DNA of 57,382 bases from a virus (IMGVR_UViG_3300012200_000006:1-57382), one strand, 5' to 3'. Positions 1-8,398 are shown, counted from the first letter of the stretch. Made by a program: numbers and translations. The notes: a model not told the origin generated them from the letters alone.

Positions 1-66
1 CAAAATGACACTTCGTTCGAAAAGGGCGAAACATTGAGTCCAAAATGACACTTCGTTCGAAAAGGG
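1..66. repeat. Two 26-bp direct repeats CAAAATGACACTTCGTTCGAAAAGGG with 40-bp period
   Basis: Copies at 1-26 and 41-66 (also 57260-57285 and 57300-57325). Confidence 0.9.
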
Positions 67-123
67 TGATAGTCACCGCAAATTACTTGTGCTGGCAAAA
101 GAATGCTTCCAAAATCATAATGC
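1..123. repeat. Terminal 123-bp direct repeat (copy 1); circular-assembly overlap, so the genome is probably complete at 57,259 bp
   Basis: 1-123 is identical to 57260-57382. Confidence 0.95.
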
Positions 124-229
124 CCTGTAAGCTCGTGGGAGCCATTCTTAGACCATGGATACCCTTCTAAGGTGATTCCCTTATATCGCGCTAGGATCGT
201 CTTAGGATCGCTCCTATGACGTTACAGGG
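123..229 (+). other. Long imperfect hairpin, candidate single-strand origin or primase signal
   Basis: CCCTGTAA(123-130)/TTACAGGG(222-229) and TCGTGGGAGC/GCTCCTATGA pair, with G-T wobbles consistent on the + strand. Confidence 0.45.
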
Positions 230-347
230 GTATGTGTGCAGGCATCCCTCCCGCTAGCCTCGCGTTAGCCTCCCCGATGTTAGTGGCATATGTCACGCCA
301 TAGCGGAAATTCCCGCAAATTGCGGCTACTTGTGTGGTCAAGTATGC

Positions 348-375
348 TTGACAAAGTCGGGCGACAAGAGAGGAT
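348..375 (+). promoter_or_regulatory. Probable early sigma70-type promoter
   Basis: TTGACA at 348-353, 16 nt spacer, GAGGAT (imperfect -10). Confidence 0.5.
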
Positions 376-383
376 GTGTCCAT

Positions 384-797
384 GAACGTCGATTGCACCC
401 CCGGAGGGAACCAGGGATAGCCCCCTGCCCAACGCGTGACCCATTGCAAGGGTCGCGCAACGTTGCCGAATCTCTCGTGAGAGATCCAGGAATGTGCCGC
501 GGCTACAACGCGGCTAGAGGATCAGGAGTACAGGGGAGAAGGTAGGCGGAGGGATGCAGGGACTCAGGCACGCGGAACCCAATTAGGGGTAACGATGATC
601 TAGTCGCATCGCCGAACCAGCCGAGATGAATCCGGAGTACCCGCGGATACGTGGGGAAGGATGAACGTGAGGCTAGGGAAGGGGAGATGACGCTAGGGAT
701 TCGCTCGAAAGGGGAAAGTGATCTACGGATGCCACCCCGCTACAACCCTCAACATTCACCCCTGATTCTTGACCTAGTGAAGCCTCGCGCGTCCATC
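384..797 (+). ncRNA. Candidate large structured RNA or 5' leader
   Basis: No credible ORF; at least seven local hairpins plus long-range helices with G-U pairs (see findings). Confidence 0.5.
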
Positions 798-832
798 ACT
801 CACACATCACTTGATCTACGGGAGGTTTCATC

Positions 833-1291
833 ATGGGTTCGTTTCTGTCAGCACTCATTCCGGTCGAGGCTATCGACCTGGAAAACTACGTTGCCCTACC
901 TTTGGGTTCGGCAGGTGAGGCTTTTATGTGGCTCACAAGCTTGATCGACCGCGGTACGGGTTCGGTTGGGTTCGTCAAGCGTGACGCGGCCATCATCGGC
1001 GCATTGAAGCGCGCACTCCTGAAGTATGACGGTGTCCCCTTCGAAGTCCCCGAATACCAGACGCGGAAAGAAACCGTGACAGTCGACGGTAAGACAAAGA
1101 CTGTCACGGTGCGCGAGAAGGATGCCGAAGGTCGCCCGATCAAGACCTACGATCCGCCCGCCAATCGTCGGATGGGCGCAGTCTTCGCGGCGCATCACTC
1201 AAACGGCGCATCCGTCCACATCGATCGTCTGGACGGGAACGATGCAGTATCGGCAGACTCGCGCGAAGTTGTGCGGGTTACCGTCCAGTAA
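833..1291 (+). CDS. Hypothetical early protein (152 aa)
   Basis: GGGAGG SD before ATG; biased codon usage. Confidence 0.8.
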   Translation: MGSFLSALIPVEAIDLENYVALPLGSAGEAFMWLTSLIDRGTGSVGFVKRDAAIIGALKRALLKYDGVPFEVPEYQTRKETVTVDGKTKTVTVREKDAEGRPIKTYDPPANRRMGAVFAAHHSNGASVHIDRLDGNDAVSADSREVVRVTVQ

Positions 1292-1342
1292 CACTGTTCT
1301 ACCGCGCGAGGTTTCACTACGTCAACGGAAAGGGGGAACAGA

Positions 1343-1636
1343 ATGGGCAAACGTGCAAAAAAACGCGCGCAGGGAGCCAAAGGAGAAGGATTCTATGACG
1401 GCAACGTCACGAATCCTTACCGCGGGGTAGCAGGAGGCTTCCGCGCGGGTAAGCGGAAACGCGGCTCTAGCGTTGTCAGCGGTAACGCGAAGTCTCGGAA
1501 GGTTCGCGCGGTATCGGGGAACGTCACGCGCGAGATGCTGGAATCCGCGCCGCATGGCGCGATGGCTCGCGTTAACTCGCGCGGTATCGCGAAGATCCTG
1601 CATTACAACCTACCCCCCGAGAATATCGGGGGGTAG
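1343..1636 (+). CDS. Small, highly basic (K/R/G-rich) protein
   Basis: AAGGGGG SD; MGKRAKKRAQ...RAGKRKRG. Confidence 0.7.
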   Translation: MGKRAKKRAQGAKGEGFYDGNVTNPYRGVAGGFRAGKRKRGSSVVSGNAKSRKVRAVSGNVTREMLESAPHGAMARVNSRGIAKILHYNLPPENIGG

Positions 1637-1638
1637 GT
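1608..1638 (+). terminator. 13-bp GC-rich hairpin ending the first transcription unit
   Basis: ACCTACCCCCCGA-GAATA-TCGGGGGGTAGGT. Confidence 0.6.
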
Positions 1639-1729
1639 ACCCGACCACCACCACAGGATGTCTGTAGCGAAATCGAAGTTCTCGATTTGACTAGAGATTC
1701 TCTGATGGAATGAGCGGAAGTTTTTTTTT

Positions 1730-1912
1730 TCAGGTAGGGAGTCTCCGAAGAGTCTGGGAAATGAGAGCATTTTCCAAATCTGGATCTTCCCAATAGTGGA
1801 GGAACCAATAACGCAGAGCTTCTCTGATGATTGGCTGGCGTTTTTGATTTGGATGATGTTTTTCGATCATTTCTTCAAAATCGCGATCTAAAAAGAGGGT
1901 ATACTGAGCCAT
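1730..1912 (-). CDS. Ribbon-helix-helix (Arc/CopG-like) regulator
   Basis: YTLFL beta strand then ...RQPIIREALRYW; GGAAGGA SD; own promoter; only convincing - strand gene in the left arm. Confidence 0.65.
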   Translation of the reverse strand: MAQYTLFLDRDFEEMIEKHHPNQKRQPIIREALRYWFLHYWEDPDLENALISQTLRRLPT

Positions 1913-1928
1913 TTTATGTTCCTTCCGG

Positions 1929-1977
1929 TTGCAATTCCAATCGGATACAGTATACTACAATCAGATTGCACTGGCAA
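1929..1977. promoter_or_regulatory. Overlapping divergent promoters sharing the palindrome AGTATACT
   Basis: - strand TTGCCA(1977-1972)-17-TATACT(1954-1949); + strand TTGCAA(1929-1934)-16-TATACT(1951-1956). Confidence 0.65.
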
Positions 1978-2212
1978 GTTTAACACCACACGCCTCTATA
2001 GCACACGTAGGTACTAATGGACACCATTCTCAGAAACCGCTTGGCTAAGCCAAATGAAATAGTGTCTATAGGTATCTATAGCATACGTGTGTGAGTGTGT
2101 ATGTATAACTGTACGAGATACTTGCGACCGAAAGTTCCGAAAAACGCGCGAATCCTCTTTTGTTTCCAGAACTGCAAACGCAAACCATCGACTAGGAAAG
2201 AGTAGACAACAA

Positions 2213-2371
2213 ATGCCCAACGAACCCGACAAAATCCCCGAACTCAACGACCTTTACAAGATCCCCGCGGCTCTAGCAGGTCTAGGGCTAGGACTCTGTG
2301 GTTTGGGGTGCGGCATCTTCGTGCTGCTATTCCTGCTCTTGTTCGTGTACGCATTCATTTCGAGTATGTGA
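2213..2371 (+). CDS. Small membrane protein
   Basis: Hydrophobic C-terminus GIFVLLFLLLFVYAFI; ATG at 2213 after AGGAAAGAG. Confidence 0.55.
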   Translation: MPNEPDKIPELNDLYKIPAALAGLGLGLCGLGCGIFVLLFLLLFVYAFISSM

Positions 2372-2381
2372 AAGGAGTAAC

Positions 2382-2669
2382 ATGATCTTCGATCTGGAAG
2401 TGAAGTACCAGGCACGAAAGCGTGACGAGAACGACAAGCTCGTCGATGATGGAGATGCTTCGGCGGCTCGTATCATCAGCGCGATGTACATGCCCGATGT
2501 CGAAACCGCTGCAAGAGTTGGGAACGAACTCGCAAAAGGTTTCTACAACCAACTCAAGAACAACGGCCTCCATGTCTGCATGTTGCCTTCCATCCTGATC
2601 TACGATGGCGACGGCAACATGATCGTCGAAGCATGGCCCGCAGCAACGCAATACTTCATCGAAAGGTAG
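2382..2669 (+). CDS. Hypothetical protein
   Basis: AAGGAG SD before ATG 2382. Confidence 0.75.
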   Translation: MIFDLEVKYQARKRDENDKLVDDGDASAARIISAMYMPDVETAARVGNELAKGFYNQLKNNGLHVCMLPSILIYDGDGNMIVEAWPAATQYFIER

Positions 2670-2798
2670 GGAGATGGCACTCCCGCCGCAAAATTGGTGT
2701 GATGGTTGCGGTCATCAGCCAACATTCGTCCTGGTATCGATCAACAAGAAGTGGTATTGCATTTGGTGTCGCCACTTCGTAAAAGAAGGGAAACTAAA

Positions 2799-3008
2799 GT
2801 GCAACTCACAGGAAGTCAGAGGCATGAAATCGCGAACATCAGCAACTCTGCTGAAATCTGGGAAGAGCCAGAACTTTGGAACGATACCCTCGGAATAATC
2901 CCCGAAGGTTCTGTGGTGTTGACGTACCGCATTCCGTCGAACTACAACTATCACCACTACATCGAAGTGATCATCGAATCGAATGGAACGCGTCACTTGG
3001 TTCGCTGA
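2799..3008 (+). CDS. Hypothetical protein
   Basis: GTG start after GAAGGG; protein-like composition. Confidence 0.55.
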   Translation: MQLTGSQRHEIANISNSAEIWEEPELWNDTLGIIPEGSVVLTYRIPSNYNYHHYIEVIIESNGTRHLVR

Positions 3009-3069
3009 ATGTTTGACCTGAGCACAGATAACACTGTGTTCTCTCAAGCAATCAACGGGAGGTTGCAAG

Positions 3070-3264
3070 ATGTTGAAAGACAAGGTAATCGAAGAGGCGG
3101 TTGAACTTGCTGATCGCTTCCCTGATATGTCAGATCAGGATATCTTCGAAGCATTGGAAGATATCCTGAGAATCCCGATCCTGTCCGAACAAAGAATCGG
3201 CAGGCTCGCAATCTTTGCCTATGACAACGGCAAGGAAGCAGCAGAGAGGAGCATCTGGTATTAA
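3070..3264 (+). CDS. Hypothetical protein
   Basis: GGGAGG SD. Confidence 0.7.
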   Translation: MLKDKVIEEAVELADRFPDMSDQDIFEALEDILRIPILSEQRIGRLAIFAYDNGKEAAERSIWY

Positions 3265-3456
3265 ATGAAGACCGGAGACGATATCCAGATCGAAAGGTCA
3301 GATGGTTACAGTCGTTTTGGGACTTACCTCAAGTCCGACGACGAGTACATCTACATCAGGGGAACAGTCGGAGATGACATCGGGAAGAAACTCATGATCC
3401 CGAAGATTCACGTTCTCCAGATCACGATTCTCAGCACGAGAAGGGAAGGTTTCTAG
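3265..3456 (+). CDS. Hypothetical small beta-rich protein
   Basis: Abuts neighbouring genes; GAGGAG SD. Confidence 0.65.
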   Translation: MKTGDDIQIERSDGYSRFGTYLKSDDEYIYIRGTVGDDIGKKLMIPKIHVLQITILSTRREGF

Positions 3457-3663
3457 ATGCCGCGCGAAGGAGACATTCGTTTCGAGATTCTGTGGTATAG
3501 CGGAGGGCCAGAGCATGCGCCTAACCGCGTGATCGGTCGCGATTTCGTGATGCGCCACGATCTTACCGGGGCAATCGTGACAGCTTGCAACATGCTCAAG
3601 GCAGGACGCGGCAACAGCGAGCTTGCACAAGGTTTCTACGTGCATAAAGCAAGGGAGCAGTAA
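3457..3663 (+). CDS. Hypothetical protein
   Basis: Abuts neighbouring genes. Confidence 0.65.
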   Translation: MPREGDIRFEILWYSGGPEHAPNRVIGRDFVMRHDLTGAIVTACNMLKAGRGNSELAQGFYVHKAREQ

Positions 3664-3842
3664 TGATCATCAAGGAAGTAAAGCTCGATGGGAATGTCGC
3701 GATGGTTCCGCTGTATCGCGACGAAATCGAAGTGATGATAAGGATTTTGTCGAAGTACAACGGGGCTGACACAACAGCGGCATTGATGGCTCGGGATCAA
3801 CTCAACGAAGCTCTCAAAGTCCTCATCGAAGAGGGGAAGTGA
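3663..3842 (+). CDS. Hypothetical protein (59 aa, not in ORF track)
   Basis: TAATG coupling; MIIKEVKLDGNV...EEGK. Confidence 0.6.
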   Translation: MIIKEVKLDGNVAMVPLYRDEIEVMIRILSKYNGADTTAALMARDQLNEALKVLIEEGK

Positions 3843-4021
3843 TGATGACAGACGCAGAAAAAGAACAGCTTCTGGAACTAATCGCGGAGTACATCCAAGA
3901 TACTGCCATCAGCGAAAGACTTGTCAGCGATTTTGCCGAAGAAGTCGCGATGAGCATGGACGTAACAACACAGAACGCCGACAAGTACCGCTACTACATC
4001 GAATCAACACTCCGCGACTAG
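3839..4021 (+). CDS. Hypothetical acidic protein
   Basis: GTGA overlap with the upstream gene. Confidence 0.6.
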   Translation: MMMTDAEKEQLLELIAEYIQDTAISERLVSDFAEEVAMSMDVTTQNADKYRYYIESTLRD

Positions 4022-4118
4022 ATCGTTTAATTGAGTATTCGACCATCCACGCTTGACTACGGGAAACAGCGTCTCCAATCGAATACTCTACTAAGCAATC
4101 TAACGAAAGGAAGAAAAG

Positions 4119-4262
4119 ATGTCTCAGGCAAATCCTAAGCATCCGAAGAGGAAGGGCATTGCGCGCAGGAAGAAGGAGCAGAAGCGCGAGGAAGCGGAAG
4201 CTCGCAATGCACTCACACCGTTCGAGCGCACCAGGGCATATCGCCGCCGACTTTCGCAGTAG
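4119..4262 (+). CDS. Small basic protein (47 aa, not in track)
   Basis: GAAAGGA SD; MSQANPKHPKRKGIARRKK. Confidence 0.6.
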   Translation: MSQANPKHPKRKGIARRKKEQKREEAEARNALTPFERTRAYRRRLSQ

Positions 4263-4273
4263 AAAGGGGAAAG

Positions 4274-4444
4274 ATGTTCACTGTTCGTGTTGTTTCAGCA
4301 ACAGATCCGGGAAAGCCCGTGATGTCGCGCGAGAATCACGGTTTCACGAAGCGCGAAGCTCTGAGCTTCATCGATAGACTCGGCAAGTTGTCCACAATCT
4401 CGCGTTTCGGTCACCTGTACATCGTCACTCCGTCGAAGAAATAA
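4274..4444 (+). CDS. Hypothetical protein (56 aa, not in track)
   Basis: AAAGGGG SD; TAATG coupling to the next gene. Confidence 0.55.
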   Translation: MFTVRVVSATDPGKPVMSRENHGFTKREALSFIDRLGKLSTISRFGHLYIVTPSKK

Positions 4445-4587
4445 TGGACGAAAACGAGCTAATCCAGAGAGTCGAAAATCTTCTCCACTTGATCGACAAG
4501 ATGTGGAGGGATGATTCCACACACGACGATGTTGCAGAAGAAGCCGAGGCTCTAAGAGCTTGGCTAAACGAAAGAGAGGGAAAATGA
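4444..4587 (+). CDS. Hypothetical protein (47 aa, not in track)
   Basis: Coupled on both sides (TAATG, ATGA). Confidence 0.55.
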   Translation: MDENELIQRVENLLHLIDKMWRDDSTHDDVAEEAEALRAWLNEREGK

Positions 4588-4964
4588 ACGAGAACGACAG
4601 AGTAATCCTGCAAGATGCGCTGTACTGCATCAACTGTCTCAAGGATGATCCGAACTTCACGATCACTCATCCACAGTACGAATGGTTCACGAGGATCGAG
4701 AGCGACATCGAGACAGTTCTCAAGCATCACGAAGTTCTCGAAGGGATCTACACCGATTCCCTGCCGCAAGGTTGCTCGTTGTGTTCCGTCAAGAGCTTCC
4801 AAAACGCCGTTGATTCGGGTAATTTCACTGACTACGACGGTTTCGGAAAGCCCGCCAAGAAGATCAATGGCGTGATGAAGATGGCACAAGCCCACGTTCG
4901 GCCATCATCATGGACACGAGACATCTACGCAGACACAACACACATTGTCTGGTTCAACAGATAA
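4584..4964 (+). CDS. Hypothetical phage protein
   Basis: ATGA overlap; FTDYDGFG...THIVWFNR. Confidence 0.7.
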   Translation: MNENDRVILQDALYCINCLKDDPNFTITHPQYEWFTRIESDIETVLKHHEVLEGIYTDSLPQGCSLCSVKSFQNAVDSGNFTDYDGFGKPAKKINGVMKMAQAHVRPSSWTRDIYADTTHIVWFNR

Positions 4965-5082
4965 GGAGGAGGGCATGACAAAGCAGCAGATCGAAACGAA
5001 GATCGCGAAGTACGAAAGACAGAAAAACGTTTTGCCGGCGGTCGGGAAAGCACTTCTGAAAGCAAAGAAATAACAGGGAGTA

Positions 5083-5129
5083 GAGCCGGATGGTTCACAA
5101 TCATAGAGGTTCGATTCCTCTACGGCTCA
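5083..5129 (+). ncRNA. tRNA-like minihelix (acceptor stem plus T arm, one short side hairpin)
   Basis: GAGCCG...TAGAGG-TTCGATT-CCTCTA-CGGCTC-A; intergenic. Confidence 0.55.
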
Positions 5130-5163
5130 ATCAGCAATTCAACGGGAGTAGAAAGGAGGAAAG

Positions 5164-5466
5164 ATGGGTCTGTATTTCGTTGCTAAGTACAACGTAGGGC
5201 AGCAATACGGAGGGCCAGAAGAAGGTGGCTGGTGGTATCACGCAGGAGTACCAGTCGAAGATTTTGAAGTCGTCAGTTTTACAAGCGAAGATGACGCGTT
5301 TGCCTACGCGCGTATCTTCAACGCGAAGGAAGAAGAGCGGCGCGGCGAAGAGAACGAGTATGATTACACAAGTGTTCTCAGCTATCGCGATGATTTCTTC
5401 GAGTATCGAGTCATCGAAGAATATCCGCCGAAGCCGTTTCCAGAAACGAGGCCACACTATGAATAA
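5164..5466 (+). CDS. Hypothetical phage protein (YGGPEEGGWW motif)
   Basis: AAAGGAGG SD. Confidence 0.75.
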   Translation: MGLYFVAKYNVGQQYGGPEEGGWWYHAGVPVEDFEVVSFTSEDDAFAYARIFNAKEEERRGEENEYDYTSVLSYRDDFFEYRVIEEYPPKPFPETRPHYE

Positions 5467-5716
5467 CCTGCCGGAGATCGGTAGTGTCGTAACATTCGGC
5501 AAGAGGCGTGGACACATCATGGGATATTCCGTGGCATCGCGCCACGGATACAAAGAGAGGATGCAGGTTTTCGCACTTGTGGATCTTTCTCCGGAATCCC
5601 AGGGATGGCTGGAACTTGATGATCAGCATTCACAAGATACCTTCATCTCGGCCATGATCCTCAACATCGGTAACATCGACACCGTTGACGGTGTTATGGT
5701 GGAGAAGCCCGAATGA
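5459..5716 (+). CDS. Hypothetical protein
   Basis: Overlaps the upstream stop; ATG at 5459. Confidence 0.6.
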   Translation: MNNLPEIGSVVTFGKRRGHIMGYSVASRHGYKERMQVFALVDLSPESQGWLELDDQHSQDTFISAMILNIGNIDTVDGVMVEKPE

Positions 5717-5907
5717 GGCTCTACATCGTAACATTCGAACTCGATGGTGAGTTCTGGTCAGAACCATTTATGGCCAACGATCACGACGACGCAGAGGAAC
5801 AATGCAAAGACATAAATCCTCCTGAAGTCAAGATCATCTGTACTGTGAGGATTCCGTTTCACGTGATCGAGCGCGCGTATTACCTCGAAAAAGCGAGGCG
5901 CGCATGA
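5713..5907 (+). CDS. Hypothetical protein
   Basis: ATGA coupling on both sides. Confidence 0.65.
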   Translation: MRLYIVTFELDGEFWSEPFMANDHDDAEEQCKDINPPEVKIICTVRIPFHVIERAYYLEKARRA

Positions 5908-6251
5908 GCAAAGTAATCTCACCAGATGGAACCGAGAAGGAGGTTAGGAATCTCGGATGGCTCCTTCGGCATGACGAAGATGTCGAATGGTTTGAGGTTC
6001 ACCAATACTACCAATACTACGGCGATCGTCACGGAGTATGGGATTGCACGTTCTGTGCCCATTTGAAGGATGGTCGCAGATTCGTCACAGAATTTGCAAG
6101 TCGTGGTGTTCTGTGGGAGTGGCTTGATCGCCCGAAGTTCCAATGCTTGCCTGTACTGTGGTTTGGTGCTGTTGTACCGGCAGGAGGATTGGAGTATTAT
6201 CGTCCTGATTTCATCAACTACGATTTACCGAAAGGAGTACGGAATGGATAG
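5904..6251 (+). CDS. Hypothetical phage protein (VRNLGWLLRH motif)
   Basis: ATGA coupling. Confidence 0.7.
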   Translation: MSKVISPDGTEKEVRNLGWLLRHDEDVEWFEVHQYYQYYGDRHGVWDCTFCAHLKDGRRFVTEFASRGVLWEWLDRPKFQCLPVLWFGAVVPAGGLEYYRPDFINYDLPKGVRNG

Positions 6252-6732
6252 TGCAACTGAATACGACGAGCGGGTGGAGAATCTTCGGAGGTTGGAAGAG
6301 AAGATCGCTACACACGATGAGCAGGTAGCACTTCGTCGCGGATTCTGGAGGAATGCACTCATGGCGGGATGCGATATCCCGTATGACGCATACCGCGGGT
6401 CGCAGTACCACAACATCGCGCAACATCACTACAACGACGAAAGTGGCGAGTACGAACTGGATGAGAAAGAGACGGTCAAGGAAATCGCAAAGTACGTCCA
6501 GTTCTCGCGGAAGCACGGATACAAGGTCGAGAAGAAGTACACGGACGATGACTTCAACGTGTACATCGAGATTCCGGGAGTCGAAGGGAAGTTCAACCTC
6601 TATACAACACGGAAGGTCGTTTGCAAGAGGGTTGTCGTAGGTACCGAGGTAGTTGCCGCTGTTCCCGAGCATGAGAAGGAAGTCGTCGAGTGGCAATGCG
6701 ATAAGATCGCATTCCTCAACGTGGAGGTCTAA
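6244..6732 (+). CDS. Hypothetical actinophage-type protein
   Basis: AAAGGAG SD; C-terminal VCKRVVVGTE...VEWQC. Confidence 0.75.
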   Translation: MDSATEYDERVENLRRLEEKIATHDEQVALRRGFWRNALMAGCDIPYDAYRGSQYHNIAQHHYNDESGEYELDEKETVKEIAKYVQFSRKHGYKVEKKYTDDDFNVYIEIPGVEGKFNLYTTRKVVCKRVVVGTEVVAAVPEHEKEVVEWQCDKIAFLNVEV

Positions 6733-6938
6733 TGGCTCACGCACATTACGAAGAGTGGATCTGCTACGTCAGGATGCCGAGACTGATGGAACTACCAGAG
6801 AACCGGCTGCCACAGCATGGTAACGAGTTCAAGATGTTCCAGGACATTGAGAACTACGCGAAGTTGCGCATCGAGGCCGAATGGGGAATCAAGGGAGTTG
6901 ATTTCAACATCGCGAAGGTCGAGAACGTAACGGATTAG
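6732..6938 (+). CDS. Hypothetical protein
   Basis: TAATG coupling; GGAGG SD. Confidence 0.65.
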   Translation: MAHAHYEEWICYVRMPRLMELPENRLPQHGNEFKMFQDIENYAKLRIEAEWGIKGVDFNIAKVENVTD

Positions 6939-7087
6939 GTTTAACCGGAGTACAGGATAAAAGCTGTACTCCCTTGAGCCTAAACCAAAGGAGGATAGAT
7001 GGATCACTGGATCATGGTTTTCTGTGTGGTAGGGATTTGGGCTTGTGCAATGATCATATTGTACCTTGCAGTTAGAAGGAGGTAGCA

Positions 7088-7354
7088 ATGGGTAAGCGTA
7101 GATTCTGGGGAAGTGTTCGCGGCATGAACACAACGGAAGTAACAGCATCGACAGAAGCAAGCCGCGGCGGAAGTCACGGAATCGAAGCACATGCGAGAGG
7201 TTGGGATTTCGGAATCAAAGTCGTCGGAAGGATCAACGAAGATGGCGAAGATGAGTTCGAGATTTGGACAACCGGAGGATCGTGTGATCCTTCGATCAAG
7301 AATCCCATCGCAAGAGTCAATGCGAAAGCAATCGCATGGCATCAAGATTTCTAA
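7088..7354 (+). CDS. Hypothetical phage protein
   Basis: AAGGAGG SD. Confidence 0.7.
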   Translation: MGKRRFWGSVRGMNTTEVTASTEASRGGSHGIEAHARGWDFGIKVVGRINEDGEDEFEIWTTGGSCDPSIKNPIARVNAKAIAWHQDF

Positions 7355-7456
7355 CGTGGATCTTAGGATTCGCTTTTTGCTACTCAGTTCTGACACACAA
7401 CAGACTCGGAGTAGGCTTATCTGGGATTCTCGGAGCAGTCTTCATAGTCATGGGCT

Positions 7457-7957
7457 TTGATTTCTCTGATGAAGAAGATTGAGGAATACAAGATCAGGAT
7501 CGACGAACGTTACGAGATAACGTTTGATGATCTGATCAACGTCGGCATTAAACCACTAACTCCGAGATGTGAAGCAAGGCTCGCAAAGTTCGGCCCGCCG
7601 ATGTACATTCGCGAGGAAATCGCTAGGAAACGTCAGCATATGGGCTATCTCTACCTGATCCATTTCACTATCCCATACAAGCACGCGAGACATTACCTGG
7701 GATTCACGAAAGATTTGCCGGCTCGTTTGATACAGCATAGAATTGGCCAGGGAGCTAATCTCATGCGAGTCATCGAAGAAGCTGGTATCCCATGGAAAGT
7801 CTCGAGGATTTGGGTAGGTGACAGATACTTGGAACGTTCTCTCAAGAATACGAGGAATGTCCCAAGACTCTGTCCAATCTGCTTGCAGGCAGAGCAGTAC
7901 ACGACCAAAGAAGATCAGAACATCGAACCCGACTACGAACTAAGGGAGGTTGAATAA
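7457..7957 (+). CDS. GIY-YIG nuclease domain protein (domain starts near ATG 7640)
   Basis: YLYLIHF...RHYLGFTKDLPARLIQHR...LERSLK...CPIC. Confidence 0.75.
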   Translation: MISLMKKIEEYKIRIDERYEITFDDLINVGIKPLTPRCEARLAKFGPPMYIREEIARKRQHMGYLYLIHFTIPYKHARHYLGFTKDLPARLIQHRIGQGANLMRVIEEAGIPWKVSRIWVGDRYLERSLKNTRNVPRLCPICLQAEQYTTKEDQNIEPDYELREVE

Positions 7958-8143
7958 GTGGATCTCTGGATTAGCGAGATGCTCATCCGCATGAAAGCGG
8001 AATCTTTCGTCCTGCAAAGAGAAATCAACAAGACTCCCCGCTGGAATGTAGTCAAGCGTTACATCTTGCTGGAAAAGCTCTACCAACTAGACGAGGATCG
8101 AGGGCTACTTGCCCACGTTCTAAACGACGACGAAGGGTACTAG
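7958..8143 (+). CDS. Hypothetical protein
   Basis: GGGAGG SD; GTG start. Confidence 0.6.
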   Translation: MDLWISEMLIRMKAESFVLQREINKTPRWNVVKRYILLEKLYQLDEDRGLLAHVLNDDEGY

Positions 8144-8146
8144 ATA

Positions 8147-8398
8147 ATGGATCTATACGAAACTTACCTCAGAACAACTGAAGGTGAGACGTACCATCCC
8201 ACTGATATCCGCGAAGGAATCGAACAGTTTTTGGGAGAGAAAGGATATCGAATCTCTTTCAACATCGAAGGAGTTGTAATCACACTCAGACGAGATATGC
8301 AGGTCGATGCAGATATGAGATTCATCGATAGCCAAGTCGGTGGGGAAAGTGTCAACTGTGCAGTAACAATCCGAGGTCATACAAGGGAGGCTGAATGA
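8147..8398 (+). CDS. Hypothetical protein
   Basis: Operon packing. Confidence 0.65.
   Translation: MDLYETYLRTTEGETYHPTDIREGIEQFLGEKGYRISFNIEGVVITLRRDMQVDADMRFIDSQVGGESVNCAVTIRGHTREAE

Noticed and set aside
1-66. Mini-CRISPR array
   Set aside because: Only two repeats with a 14-nt spacer, too short for CRISPR; the Cas4-like gene lies in a normal exonuclease-Sak4-SSB recombination module.
1300-1600. High CGCG density as a restriction-related signal
   Set aside because: Can be explained by Arg/Ala codons in a basic protein; not testable by eye.
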